From a virus: a stretch of DNA of 64,000 nucleotides. The position numbers were made by a program, and so were the translations under genes. The stretch is from the IMG/VR virus record IMGVR_UViG_3300042196_000409; one strand, 5' to 3'. This document shows, piece by piece, positions 9,890 to 17,802 of this stretch (within the stretch, counting starts at the first letter, position 1; the number at the start of each line of letters is the position of its first letter). The notes beneath the pieces are model-generated. The model ran no database searches. It was given only the letters and a program-made list of their open reading frames with translations, and was not told the origin of the DNA.

Positions 9890-10345
9890 TCGATGAGGTT
9901 GTCGCAGCAGGATCGAAACAAGCGACGCAGCCATGATCGTGCGTCGTTGGGCCGCGTACCGCGTCGAGGAGGCGCAGCGCGCCGCTTGGCGTAAGCGTCG
10001 TGCGGAACGGCCCGACGATATCGACGAGGCCGCGGGTGAAGGTGACTTGTTGGCGGATCTGCCCGACGGTCTGTTAGGCTAACTTCATGAAGGACCAGCC
10101 TCGTTCTCCGATGTCTGAGCAGGTATTTTCGCCGTGAATGACAGCACGTGCTCTTGTTGCTCTCGCCGTGACGGGCTGACCTCTGGCGGATGCGTTTACT
10201 GTTCCGCGCGGACGTACTGCGCGTGCGGACAGCTCGTGGGCTGTGGGTGCGGGCGCGCGTTCTTGTCGCACGCGTGCCCCAGCGTTGTGTTCGTTGGCCT
10301 GTTCGAGCCAATTCCGACCATGCCACTCGGGGAGGACCTGTCCTC

Positions 10346-10852
10346 GTGAGTTACTACCGCGACACAGCGACGGCGCTCGTACAGCGCGCCCCGGGAAACT
10401 TCATCGGCGTTGCGCTCTACGTGCCCACAAGTAAGTCGACATCGCCGTGGTGGAGCTTGGTGTCGTTCCCGAGCTCCAATGCAATGCAGGAGTGGTACGA
10501 GGAGATCGCTCCCTCGCACGCGCTCTATTACTATCTCGCCGCGTTCGACAAGACGCGCAGCGCCGAGCCTGTGGGAGAGTCGATCGCGCCACCCAAGCCC
10601 GGGGTACCTGGCTTCAACCTGCACATCACTGATCGCTGGCGACCGCCGTCGTTCAACAGGCCGGCAGTCTCTGGTGTGATGACAGCAGGTGAGCGCAGCG
10701 TCGCGACCACTGCGAAGACCCTCGGGCTCTTTGCGTTGTTCGCGATCCCCGCAGGACTTCTCCTTTCGAAGATGCAGGAGCGCAAACACGTCCGAGCGGA
10801 GAAAGCAGCGTTTCGGCGTTCTGGTTTGGACTGGGAGCAAAGGTTCCGGTAG
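10346..10852 (+). CDS. hypothetical membrane protein
   Basis: GTG start; C-terminal TM LGLFALFAIPAGLLL. The opposite-strand 282-aa ORF is Arg-rich artefact. Confidence 0.4.
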   Translation: MSYYRDTATALVQRAPGNFIGVALYVPTSKSTSPWWSLVSFPSSNAMQEWYEEIAPSHALYYYLAAFDKTRSAEPVGESIAPPKPGVPGFNLHITDRWRPPSFNRPAVSGVMTAGERSVATTAKTLGLFALFAIPAGLLLSKMQERKHVRAEKAAFRRSGLDWEQRFR

Positions 10853-10855
10853 CCG

Positions 10856-11359
10856 GTGAACATGTCTCGCGGTGAGGTCAGCGAGGTCATCCCTGGCCTC
10901 TACATCGGAAGCAAGCCTCCGCCGGGCAAGCACGAAGGCATTGACGCGATCGTTCTTGCAGCGATGGAGTACCAGCCGCCTGCGCATCTGTTTCCGGCGA
11001 CCGAGGTGATTCACGCACCGCTCGACGACGCGCCGGGGCGACACATGCGCGAAGACGAGATCGTGACCGCGATCAAGGCCGCCAAGCGCGTTGCTTGGCT
11101 ACTGCGCGCCGGTCGTCGCGTGCTCAGTACCTGCCAGATGGGCCTTAACCGATCGTCCCTAGTCGCTGCGCTCGCAATGCACGATGTCTATGGCGGCATG
11201 AGTGCGGATGAGATCGTGACGCGTGTGCGGCGAGCTCGTGGCAGGTGGGCGCTGTCGAATCCGAATTTCGAGAAGCTTTTGCGCGTCGTGGTTGGCTACG
11301 GCCAGAATTCTTCGTTGCATGGGATGTCCGATCCTGCGCCGACGGTGCGTCCCGCCTGA
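10856..11359 (+). CDS. dual-specificity / Tyr protein phosphatase
   Basis: CX5R(S) P-loop motif VLSTCQMGLNRSS within a ~165-aa DSP-size protein. Confidence 0.7.
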   Translation: MNMSRGEVSEVIPGLYIGSKPPPGKHEGIDAIVLAAMEYQPPAHLFPATEVIHAPLDDAPGRHMREDEIVTAIKAAKRVAWLLRAGRRVLSTCQMGLNRSSLVAALAMHDVYGGMSADEIVTRVRRARGRWALSNPNFEKLLRVVVGYGQNSSLHGMSDPAPTVRPA

Positions 11360-11362
11360 CCC

Positions 11363-11824
11363 ATGCGCATTCAGATTGCCCAGGGCGCGCCAGCTCTGAT
11401 TTCACAGCGTCGCGAGGCGTTGTTGCACGATGCGTCGCTGCCGCTGACGGTGCGTGGATCTGCAAACGTGCACTTCGAGAAGCCGTGGATACCGAACTTC
11501 TGGACGGTCGCGATCCGTGCGCCCAAGCCTGGCAGCGAGAGCTTCTTCGACTTCCCGGTCGGTTACGCCGACGATGGCACGCCATGGTTCTTTCCGTCAC
11601 GAGAGTGGTGGGTAGCGCACGCCAAGGCGAGTCATCCGCCCGACGGCATGGGTTGCGATGTCGACGTTCATACGAAGTTCCTCTCGAGCGAAGGATCTGT
11701 GCACGAGTTCGATTACGCGACGGTTCTCACCGATGGAACGATGCAGATCCTTGGGCGTGCGGACTTTGTCGATGAGTGCGCGTGGTGGTCGCACGCGTTT
11801 GGCGCGCGCGGAGGACAGCCGTGA
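11363..11824 (+). CDS. hypothetical protein
   Basis: 153-aa ORF, Trp/Phe-rich, protein-like. Confidence 0.45.
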   Translation: MRIQIAQGAPALISQRREALLHDASLPLTVRGSANVHFEKPWIPNFWTVAIRAPKPGSESFFDFPVGYADDGTPWFFPSREWWVAHAKASHPPDGMGCDVDVHTKFLSSEGSVHEFDYATVLTDGTMQILGRADFVDECAWWSHAFGARGGQP

Positions 11825-11856
11825 AGATCAGCGCTCTATTGTTGAGGTGTCGTCGA

Positions 11857-12171
11857 TCACGCGTCCTCATTCTGGGAGGCGCGCGACGCTGCTGGTGCGG
11901 CGTCGGGCAATACTTCGAGGATTTCGGCGTCGCAGTAGCAACTGCCGCCTGCTGAGCAGGGCATGCCCAGCAGCGTGTAGCGCTTCGTGGTGTCGAGATC
12001 TGTGATGACGCCGTAGATGCCGGGACCTCGTCCATCGGCTAGTTCATGGTCCGCCGCGCTTACTCGAAGTGCGACACGCTCGCCATGAAACATGGGTGTG
12101 AGGGTGGGACCTTCAAGCGGGATCTCGTAGTGCGTCTTGTCGGCGGACAGCGGCCACGGTTCCTTGATCAT
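11857..12171 (-). CDS. hypothetical protein
   Basis: 104-aa ORF with C-terminal CSAGGSCYC cluster. Confidence 0.4.
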   Translation of the reverse strand: MIKEPWPLSADKTHYEIPLEGPTLTPMFHGERVALRVSAADHELADGRGPGIYGVITDLDTTKRYTLLGMPCSAGGSCYCDAEILEVLPDAAPAASRASQNEDA

Positions 12172-12278
12172 CGTGGAGACCTCAGGGCTCTCGCGCTACT
12201 GGTGCGTTCACCTACCGATCGCTTCATGATGGCGGTGTTTTGAAGGCTCGCCTGCATCTTAAAGACGATACCGTGAAC

Positions 12279-12704
12279 TCACTCTTCCGCGGGCGGTTTC
12301 GGGATCCGATGCTCGACGGGTGTGATGTCGTCATCAGACAAGACAGTCGTGTCCTCAGAAGGTTTGACGACGTCGCGTGTGCTTGTCCGCGGGATCTCCG
12401 CGAGTGGTACACGAACCAGCGGTGTCATCTCGCCGGTCGGGATCCGTGGAGGCGTAACGTCGTCTTCATCGAGAAACGGAGCCATCACCAGATGAAGCAC
12501 CCGCTGTGGATGATCGGGGACGTCGATGAGAACGAACAGGTCTCGTCCGGCTCCCTGACGGAGTCCTGGCAAGCGTCCGAGGCGGCGCATATCGTCTACC
12601 TCTTCCCAGATCTCGACGAGCTCCTCGTGGGCGAGCACCGTCTCGGCGGTTGCCAGGAACTTCCCGGTCTGACGGAAGTAGAGGAGCTGGACCCTGTACG
12701 GCAC
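12279..12704 (-). CDS. hypothetical acidic protein
   Basis: 141-aa ORF with good composition; Asp/Glu-rich C-terminus. Confidence 0.5.
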   Translation of the reverse strand: MPYRVQLLYFRQTGKFLATAETVLAHEELVEIWEEVDDMRRLGRLPGLRQGAGRDLFVLIDVPDHPQRVLHLVMAPFLDEDDVTPPRIPTGEMTPLVRVPLAEIPRTSTRDVVKPSEDTTVLSDDDITPVEHRIPKPPAEE

Positions 12705-13083
12705 TGCCGAGGACGGTAGCTCGGCGTGATCTTGAGCGCGAATCTTCGGCAGTCATGACCGCACCTTCGCCCTGCGCTCATCGCGTTGGTTGACAGCCGC
12801 GTGTACATCGCGCTAGCCTTCTTCTTGTAGAGAAGCTCATGTCGATCGCAACCGCATCCACGAGAGTCACAAGGCGCCAAGGCGTCATGGGACACGTGTG
12901 CGCGCGTCGCGATTGGGCCCACTCGGCGAATTTTGCCGGCAAAGGGACCGTCGAGGGTATCAAGCGCCAGCCGCAGCCCACGACCTATGAAGGGAAGGCT
13001 CCAGACTCGTAGACCAGGCTAGAACAGCCGAAACGATCTGGAGCCGCCCTGGGAACAAAACCCTCGGCGGTTTTCTCGTTTTC

Positions 13084-13168
13084 GGGCGCGCAGACCGGCG
13101 TGGCTCCGGGCGTGGTTGTAACCCACGCATGCTTCTGCATCGTCTCGGTTCGATTCCGAGCGCGCCCA
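13084..13168 (+). tRNA. tRNA-Tyr(GTA), type II
   Basis: Acceptor GGGCGCG/CGCGCCC. Anticodon loop ttGTAac. Long variable arm. T-arm GGTTCGATTCC. Confidence 0.7.
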
Positions 13169-13224
13169 CGAAGGAATGTGATGACGAAGAAGAAGCTCAA
13201 ACGCACGGCCTCAAGTCCGCTCAC

Positions 13225-13304
13225 GGGCTCGTGGCAGAAAGGTTATGCACCCGACTTTTAATCGGAGCCGCGAGGCAATGGGGGTTCGACTCCCTCCGGG
13301 CCCA
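13225..13304 (+). tRNA. tRNA-Lys(TTT)-like, extended variable loop
   Basis: Acceptor GGGCTCG/CGGGCCC. T-arm GGGGGTTCGACTCCCTC. Anticodon loop cTTTtaa with one stem mismatch. Confidence 0.4.
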
Positions 13305-13319
13305 CGCACACAAGATCGA

Positions 13320-13390
13320 TCAGGGTTCGTCCAACGGTAGGACCTGCGCCTCTGGAGCGCATGACGAGGGTTCGAATCCTTCACCCTGAA
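13320..13390 (+). tRNA. tRNA-Gln(CTG)
   Basis: Acceptor TCAGGGT/ACCCTGA (U1-A72). Anticodon stem TGCGC/GCGCA. Loop ctCTGga. Confidence 0.7.
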
Positions 13391-13542
13391 CTGCACGCTG
13401 ACTGCATCGCGCGTGAATCGACGGTCCCCCGAGCAACAGCGCTCACAGCGGGACGACAGCGACACGGCGAAGGCGGGGCGAATGACAAGCGAATAGTTCG
13501 ATGATGATGACGCGATCGCGGCATGTAGCGCGATCGCAGCTT

Positions 13543-13615
13543 GTCACTCTTGCGTAGTTGGTCTGCGCGCTCGGTTGAAACCCGGGAGGTTCTGGTTCGA
13601 TTCCAGAGGGTGACG
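13543..13615 (+). tRNA. tRNA-Phe(GAA)
   Basis: Acceptor GTCACTC/GGGTGAC. Loop ttGAAac. T-arm TCTGGTTCGATTCCAGA. Confidence 0.7.
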
Positions 13616-13630
13616 CAACGGCATAACTGC

Positions 13631-13701
13631 GGGTCGCAAGCATTATGGTGATGCACTGGTCTCTTAAACCGGTGATCAGGGTTCGATCCCCTGGCGACCC
13701 A
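13631..13701 (+). tRNA. tRNA-Lys(CTT)
   Basis: Acceptor GGGTCGC/GCGACCC. Loop ctCTTaa. T-arm CAGGGTTCGATCCCCTG. Confidence 0.7.
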
Positions 13702-13722
13702 CGTTACGTGAAGCGATGTTCT

Positions 13723-13794
13723 CGAGGTGTGGCCCAACGGTAGGGTACGTCGTTTGGGACGACGGGACTGGAGGTTCGATTCCTCTCACCTCGA
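13723..13794 (+). tRNA. tRNA-Pro(TGG)
   Basis: Acceptor CGAGGTG/CACCTCG. Anticodon stem CGTCG/CGACG. Loop ttTGGga. Confidence 0.7.
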
Positions 13795-13902
13795 CGAGTG
13801 ACACGGGCATCCGAGAGCCCGGCCGGCGATCGTGTGCACGATCGCCGCGGCAACGATGAGACACCTGCTCCGGTGTTTGAAAGGCGACTCGGGTTTCTTC
13901 TC

Positions 13903-13974
13903 GCGGACGAGGCCGCTTGGTGCGGCGTCAGCGTGCCAAGCTGATTCAGGCGGGTTCGATCCCCGTCGTCCGCT
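13903..13974 (+). tRNA. tRNA-Gly(GCC)
   Basis: Acceptor GCGGACG/CGTCCGC. Loop gtGCCaa. Confidence 0.7.
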
Positions 13975-13986
13975 CGACTGCCCTCT

Positions 13987-14057
13987 GCCCTCGCAGCACG
14001 AAGGTCGTGCATCGGTTTCGTAAACCGGAGGTTCGAGTTCAATTCTCGACGAGGGCT
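13987..14057 (+). tRNA. tRNA-Thr(CGT)
   Basis: Acceptor GCCCTCG/CGAGGGC. Loop ttCGTaa. T-arm TCGAGTTCAATTCTCGA. Confidence 0.7.
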
Positions 14058-14173
14058 CGAAAGCGAACGCGTGGGATTCAACTTCTCCACGACGGGGCAA
14101 AAGCTGATGGAAGCGAATCGGCCGATAATGCGTCCTGAAAGATCTCTGAAGGCTGGGCCTGCGTTCGTGATTT

Positions 14174-14246
14174 GCTCGCGTAGCTCAGCTAGCAGAGCGC
14201 TCGTTTTGTAAACGAGATGACGCAGGTGCAATGCCTGCCGCGAGCT
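14174..14246 (+). tRNA. tRNA-Thr(TGT)
   Basis: Acceptor GCTCGCG/CGCGAGC. Loop ttTGTaa. Non-canonical T-loop TGCAATG. Confidence 0.65.
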
Positions 14247-14257
14247 CGACGCTTCAT

Positions 14258-14329
14258 TCCCCGGTAGCACAATGGTGGTGCGGTCGGCTGTTAACCGAAG
14301 GGTTGCCCGTTCGAATCGGGCTCGGGGAG
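14258..14329 (+). tRNA. tRNA-Asn(GTT)
   Basis: U1-A72 acceptor TCCCCGG/TCGGGGA, typical of Asn. Loop ctGTTaa. Confidence 0.65.
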
Positions 14330-14334
14330 CTTCT

Positions 14335-14407
14335 GCGAACGTGGTGTATTGGTCGCATGCAGGTCTTCCAAACCTTGCGGTGATGGGTTCGAGTCCCTCC
14401 GTTCGCT
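14335..14407 (+). tRNA. tRNA-Gly(TCC)
   Basis: Acceptor GCGAACG/CGTTCGC. Loop ctTCCaa. Weak T-stem. Confidence 0.5.
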
Positions 14408-14411
14408 CGAT

Positions 14412-14484
14412 GCGCGCGTAGCTTAGTGGCGAAAGCATTTGCCTGACGTGCAGAGGATCGCGAGTTCGAGTCTCGCCGCGCGTA
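14412..14484 (+). tRNA. tRNA-Val(GAC)
   Basis: Acceptor GCGCGCG/CGCGCGT. Loop ctGACgt. T-arm GCGAGTTCGAGTCTCGC. Confidence 0.6.
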
Positions 14485-14489
14485 CTGTT

Positions 14490-14562
14490 GTCGTGTTCGT
14501 CTAGCGGCCTAGGACACTGGTCCCTCAAACCGGTTACGCGAGTTCGATTCTCGCACACGACG
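14490..14562 (+). tRNA. tRNA-Glu(CTC)
   Basis: Acceptor GTCGTGT/ACACGAC. Loop ccCTCaa. Confidence 0.6.
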
Positions 14563-14578
14563 CTGAAGAAGTTTTTCT

Positions 14579-14654
14579 GCCCCTGTAGCTCAGCAGATCA
14601 GAGCACTCGGCTACGAACCGAGGTTAGTCGGAGGTGCAATTCCTTCCAGGGGTA
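14579..14654 (+). tRNA. tRNA-Arg(ACG)
   Basis: Perfect anticodon stem CTCGG/CCGAG with loop ctACGaa. D-arm GCTCAGCAGATCAGAGC. T-loop TGCAATT. Confidence 0.65.
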
Positions 14655-14822
14655 CTAGGCGCACGTGCACGTGGGCAGCTCGCGTTGGTGTCCCACCACC
14701 TTCGCGAGGACTGGTGCACGCCGCGCTTCATTTTGCTTCGACGGCTCGCTGCTTGTTGCAAGGCGAGTGATGGTGATGCCGCTCGCTGGCAAACCTCGGG
14801 GTGCACTCTCCGAAGTTAGGTC

Positions 14823-14912
14823 AGGCCGTCGAGGGAGTTTCTAGGTCGCGCGAGCTGGGCTCGGCTTGGAGTCCAAATCCAATGCGGCAGGGTTCAATTC
14901 CCTGGCGGCCTG
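14823..14912 (+). ncRNA. atypical 90-nt tRNA-like RNA (Trp-CCA-like anticodon arm, ~17-nt insertion in the D region)
   Basis: Acceptor AGGCCGT/GCGGCCT. Canonical T-arm CAGGGTTCAATTCCCTG. Perfect hairpin TTGGA-gtCCAaa-TCCAA. D region too long for a standard cloverleaf. Confidence 0.35.
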
Positions 14913-14993
14913 CGGCTTGTGGGGTCTTGGCCTCGCGGCAACGTGAGGAGGGAGCCAAAGAGAACTAGGTGAGAGTCCTGGGGACCCGATCTT

Positions 14994-15066
14994 GGCGCGC
15001 AGATCACCTGGCGGTGATGTCGGTCTCATATGCCGAATGCGGAGGGTTCAATTCCCTCGCGCGCTA
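14994..15066 (+). tRNA. tRNA-Met(CAT), elongator-type
   Basis: Acceptor GGCGCGC/GCGCGCT. Loop ctCATat. Anticodon stem lacks the three G-C pairs of an initiator. Confidence 0.6.
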
Positions 15067-15069
15067 CCT

Positions 15070-15110
15070 ACTAATTTAGGAGTAACTAGTAGTTCGTTAG
15101 TAGTTCGTTC
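15070..15110 (+). repeat. AT-rich island with tandem TAGTAGTTCGT direct repeat between tRNA genes
   Basis: Sequence ctaatttaggagtaactagtagttcgttagtagttcgttcac is a sharp GC drop in a ~66% GC context. Confidence 0.5.
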
Positions 15111-15111
15111 A

Positions 15112-15183
15112 CGGGGTGTAGCGAAGTGGTATCGCGCTGCGTTCGGGACGCAGAGACCGCTGGTTCGATCCCAGTCACCCCGA
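15112..15183 (+). tRNA. tRNA-Pro(CGG)
   Basis: Acceptor CGGGGTG/CACCCCG. Perfect anticodon stem CTGCG/CGCAG. Loop ttCGGga. Confidence 0.7.
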
Positions 15184-15201
15184 CGATTGGATGCTGGATA
15201 T

Positions 15202-15310
15202 GGGCGTGGTGGCGGCACGGATGCGGGTTCGATCCCCGTCGGGTCCACGACGGGCCCGTGGCTGGTGCCTACGGAGATATCCACCAGGGGTTCGACTCCC
15301 CTCGCGTCCA
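15202..15310 (+). ncRNA. ~110-nt tRNA-like RNA with G3-U70 acceptor and tmRNA-type T-arm
   Basis: 5' GGGCGTG pairs with 3' CGCGTCC. T-arm AGGGGTTCGACTCCCCT is identical to the tmRNA T-arm at 47.56 kb. Internal GGGTTCGATCCCC second T-like loop. Confidence 0.3.
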
Positions 15311-15316
15311 CGACAC

Positions 15317-15389
15317 GGAGGACAGTTCACCTAGGGGTGATGGCGGTCCTACAAACCGCTCGCGGTCGGTGCAATCCCGACGTTCTCTA
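15317..15389 (+). tRNA. tRNA-Val(TAC)
   Basis: Acceptor GGAGGAC/GTTCTCT with wobbles. Perfect anticodon stem GCGGT/ACCGC. Loop ccTACaa. T-loop TGCAATC. Confidence 0.55.
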
Positions 15390-15396
15390 CGATGAC

Positions 15397-15467
15397 GTCT
15401 CGTTAGCACAGCGGTAGTGCAGTCGCTTGATAAGCGGCCGACGAAGGTTCGACCCCTTCACGAGACA
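15397..15467 (+). tRNA. tRNA-Ile(GAT)
   Basis: Acceptor GTCTCGT/ACGAGAC. Loop ttGATaa. T-arm GAAGGTTCGACCCCTTC. Confidence 0.7.
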
Positions 15468-15476
15468 CGACGGCCT

Positions 15477-15547
15477 GGGCCTCTAGTTCAATGGAGAACG
15501 TCTGCCTTATCAGCGGAATGTTGAGGGTGCAAATCCTTCGGGGCCTA
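15477..15547 (+). tRNA. tRNA-Ile(TAT)-like (anticodon assignment uncertain)
   Basis: Acceptor GGGCCTC/GGGGCCT. Loop ctTATca. T-loop TGCAAAT. Confidence 0.4.
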
Positions 15548-15555
15548 CGATTCGT

Positions 15556-15629
15556 GGTGTGCGTAGTCATCTGGTGAAGACGCTGGGTTGTGGTCCCAGT
15601 TCAGGCGAGTTCGATCCTCGTCGCACACC
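15556..15629 (+). tRNA. tRNA-His(GTG) with G-1
   Basis: Extra 5' G pairs with C73. Perfect anticodon stem CTGGG/CCCAG. Loop ttGTGgt. Confidence 0.7.
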
Positions 15630-15635
15630 CTGTCT

Positions 15636-15710
15636 CGAGCAGTAGCTTAGCCTGGCTAAAGCGTTGGTCTGGGGGACCAAAGATCGCAGGTTCAAATCCT
15701 GTCTGCTCGA
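15636..15710 (+). tRNA. tRNA-Pro(GGG)
   Basis: Acceptor CGAGCAG/CTGCTCG. Perfect anticodon stem TTGGT/ACCAA. Loop ctGGGgg. Confidence 0.6.
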
Positions 15711-15787
15711 CGAAAGGAGAATGCGGCTGATCTACTGTCAGATCTGTCGCCAAGGAGCGTCTAGTCTACCGAAGGAGAACGAACGTC

Positions 15788-16324
15788 ATGGAGCCGACAC
15801 ATCAAACGCTTGTCCTTAGTCAGGGCTATGAGCCCGTTAAGATCGTTTCGTGGCAGCGCGCGATCACGATGCTCTTCCTCCACAAGGTCGAAGTGATCGA
15901 GGAGTACGATCGCAACATCAAGACGACGTCGTTCGTCGCCAAGATCCCCGCGGTCGTGCGGCTGCTCAAAGCGTTCCGTCGGTACAAGAAGCCGGTGAAG
16001 TTCTCCCGGATCAACATCTACGGCCGCGACAAGTACACCTGCCAGTATTGTGGCGTGAAGAAGTCGATCCACGATCTGACGTATGACCACATCGTGCCTC
16101 GATCGCGAGGCGGCAAGACGACGTGGACGAACATCGCAACGTGCTGCCAAGGCTGCAACGGCAGGAAGGCGAACCGTACGCCCGAGCAGGCCGGCATGCG
16201 TTTGCTCCAGGTGCCCGAGCAGCCAATCTCGTCGCCGGTGCTCGTCGTGACCGTGAGCCGCCAGTCTGCACCCGACGCGTGGCGCGACTACCTGTACTGG
16301 ACCGGCGAGCTGGACCAGGACTGA
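15788..16324 (+). CDS. HNH endonuclease (homing-type, embedded in the tRNA array)
   Basis: CQYCG..DLTYDHIVPRSRGGKTTWTNIATCCQGCNGRK contains the Cys4 zinc knuckle plus the HNH catalytic His/Asn. Confidence 0.8.
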   Translation: MEPTHQTLVLSQGYEPVKIVSWQRAITMLFLHKVEVIEEYDRNIKTTSFVAKIPAVVRLLKAFRRYKKPVKFSRINIYGRDKYTCQYCGVKKSIHDLTYDHIVPRSRGGKTTWTNIATCCQGCNGRKANRTPEQAGMRLLQVPEQPISSPVLVVTVSRQSAPDAWRDYLYWTGELDQD

Positions 16325-16349
16325 TCAAGCGAGCGACGTGCTCGCATCT

Positions 16350-16423
16350 GGGAACGTGGGAGAGATGGAGTCTCCGCCGGCCTGTCACGCCGGAGGTCGC
16401 GGGTTCAAGTCCCGTCGTTCCCG
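16350..16423 (+). tRNA. tRNA-Asp(GTC)
   Basis: Acceptor GGGAACG/CGTTCCC. Perfect anticodon stem CCGGC/GCCGG. Loop ctGTCac. Confidence 0.7.
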
Positions 16424-16528
16424 CCGATAGCGTGGTCGATCACCGCGCGTCGATGACTCATCCTCGCAAGGGGCTCCTTTTTGGGATGCCGCGCACGTCG
16501 AGCGCTCGGCGACGCGGCTGGGTCTTCT

Positions 16529-16599
16529 GGGTCCATCGTTCAAAGGGAGAACGCGGCGTTCGCAATGCCGAAATGCGAGTTCGAGTCTCGCTGGATCCA
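16529..16599 (+). tRNA. tRNA-Ala(CGC)
   Basis: Acceptor GGGTCCA/TGGATCC with G3-U70 Ala identity pair. Loop ttCGCaa. Confidence 0.6.
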
Positions 16600-16618
16600 C
16601 GTTACGTAGTCCTACGAA

Positions 16619-16690
16619 GGGGCTGTCTGTCCAACGGGAAGACGCGCGTCTGGCTGACGCGAGATGACGGTTCGATTCCGTTCAGCTCCA
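16619..16690 (+). tRNA. tRNA-Ala(GGC)
   Basis: Acceptor GGGGCTG/CAGCTCC with G3-U70. Anticodon stem CGCGT/ACGCG. Loop ctGGCtg. Confidence 0.55.
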
Positions 16691-16727
16691 CGATCGCTGC
16701 TCCGCCGTGCGGTGCCTACACGCAACC

Positions 16728-16806
16728 ATGATGCCTCAAGGTGAGGCGTCGGCCTATGGAGCCGAAGCAGTCAGGTTCAATTCCTGATCATCCCGCAAGG
16801 GATCGT
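16728..16806 (+). ncRNA. possible degenerate tRNA-like element
   Basis: T-arm TCAGGTTCAATTCCTGA and hairpin TCGGC-ctATGga-GCCGA are present. No pairing acceptor stem found by eye. Confidence 0.2.
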
Positions 16807-16834
16807 GCACCGTGCACTCGAGCAGCGAACACTT

Positions 16835-17086
16835 TCAGTGGCCATGGCAAGGGCCACGGCAGACCATGCATTCTTCCTCGAAGCTGTCGTCGAGGGTGTC
16901 TGCGCCAGGATGCGGATGGATCACTTCCTCTTCGAGGACGTCTCCAACCAAGGCATCGTTGGTGGTGGTAGCGCAGCGTGGACACAAGAGCATCGATTCA
17001 GCGTGCCGCCACGCCTGGGGGAACTGATCGATGGCGGTGATCTCCTGCGTCTTGCCACAGCGAGCGCACACAACGAATGTCGCCAT
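16835..17086 (-). CDS. small zinc-ribbon protein
   Basis: CARCGK...CPRC and CMVCRGPCHGH Cys clusters. Lies between tRNA genes on the opposite strand. Confidence 0.35.
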   Translation of the reverse strand: MATFVVCARCGKTQEITAIDQFPQAWRHAESMLLCPRCATTTNDALVGDVLEEEVIHPHPGADTLDDSFEEECMVCRGPCHGH

Positions 17087-17134
17087 GCTTCTACGCTACG
17101 TTACCGTCGGTATCACCGACAGTTTTTGGCTCTC

Positions 17135-17207
17135 GGGCAGGCATGTTCCAAGGGGGCGAGCGGGATTTGCAATCCTGCTGCGGCCGGTTCAATCCCGGTC
17201 CTGTCCA
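17135..17207 (+). tRNA. tRNA-Ala(TGC)
   Basis: Acceptor GGGCAGG/CCTGTCC with G3-U70. Loop ttTGCaa. Confidence 0.6.
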
Positions 17208-17415
17208 CGCGTCATGCTTACGCCGGCACCTCGCGATGTCTCCCGGCTCTACTCGGGATCGATTGCGGCGCGCCGACGAGCACAGCCTCGATGTCGGCTC
17301 TATGAGTTACGTCCGGGGCAACTCAAGCGGGCCGTCCGCGGGACTGTCTCCCCCGCTTTGCTAGCCGTTCGCTTGTGCCCGAGGATATCAGACCCAGCTC
17401 CGCGCTGTGTTTCTC

Positions 17416-17486
17416 GCCGCTATCGTCAAACAGTAAGACGCTGCTTTGGTAGGGCAGAAATCCGGGTGCGATTCCCGGTGGCGGCT
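17416..17486 (+). tRNA. tRNA-Thr(GGT)
   Basis: Acceptor GCCGCTA/TGGCGGC. Loop ttGGTag. T-arm CCGGGTGCGATTCCCGG. Confidence 0.6.
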
Positions 17487-17494
17487 CGAATCGA

Positions 17495-17565
17495 TCAGGG
17501 ATCGTCTAACGGTAGGACACGAGATTTTGGATCTCGGCATGAAGGTTCGATTCCTTCTCCCTGAA
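17495..17565 (+). tRNA. tRNA-Gln(TTG)
   Basis: U1-A72 acceptor TCAGGGA/TCCCTGA. Perfect anticodon stem CGAGA/TCTCG. Loop ttTTGga. Confidence 0.7.
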
Positions 17566-17569
17566 CCAT

Positions 17570-17641
17570 GCATGGGTCGCCAAGAGGCTAGGCACTTCTC
17601 TGCAAAAGAAGCACACGCGGGTTCGACTCCCGTCCCATGCT
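17570..17641 (+). tRNA. tRNA-Cys(GCA)
   Basis: Acceptor GCATGGG/CCCATGC. Perfect anticodon stem CTTCT/AGAAG. Loop ctGCAaa. Confidence 0.7.
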
Positions 17642-17645
17642 CCGC

Positions 17646-17720
17646 GCTCCTGACGCCCCATTGGAAGGGGTCTCTGTTTTCTAAACAGATCCGTTGCAGG
17701 TTCGAGCCCTGTCAGGAGCA
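17646..17720 (+). tRNA. tRNA-Arg(TCT)
   Basis: Acceptor GCTCCTG/CAGGAGC. Anticodon stem TCTGT/ACAGA. Loop ttTCTaa. Confidence 0.6.
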
Positions 17721-17729
17721 CGAGATCTT

Positions 17730-17802
17730 GGTCCCGTAGCCTAGTGGACGAGGCACGCGTTTCCTAAACGCGCTCACGCAGGTTCGAGTCCTGCCGGGAT
17801 CA
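17730..17802 (+). tRNA. tRNA-Arg(CCT)
   Basis: Acceptor GGTCCCG/CGGGATC. Perfect anticodon stem CGCGT/ACGCG. Loop ttCCTaa. Confidence 0.65.

Noticed and set aside
14061-14100. GTGGGATTCAACTTCTCCAC T-loop-like sequence after tRNA-Thr(CGT)
   Set aside because: No acceptor, D or anticodon arms could be paired; probably a fragment.
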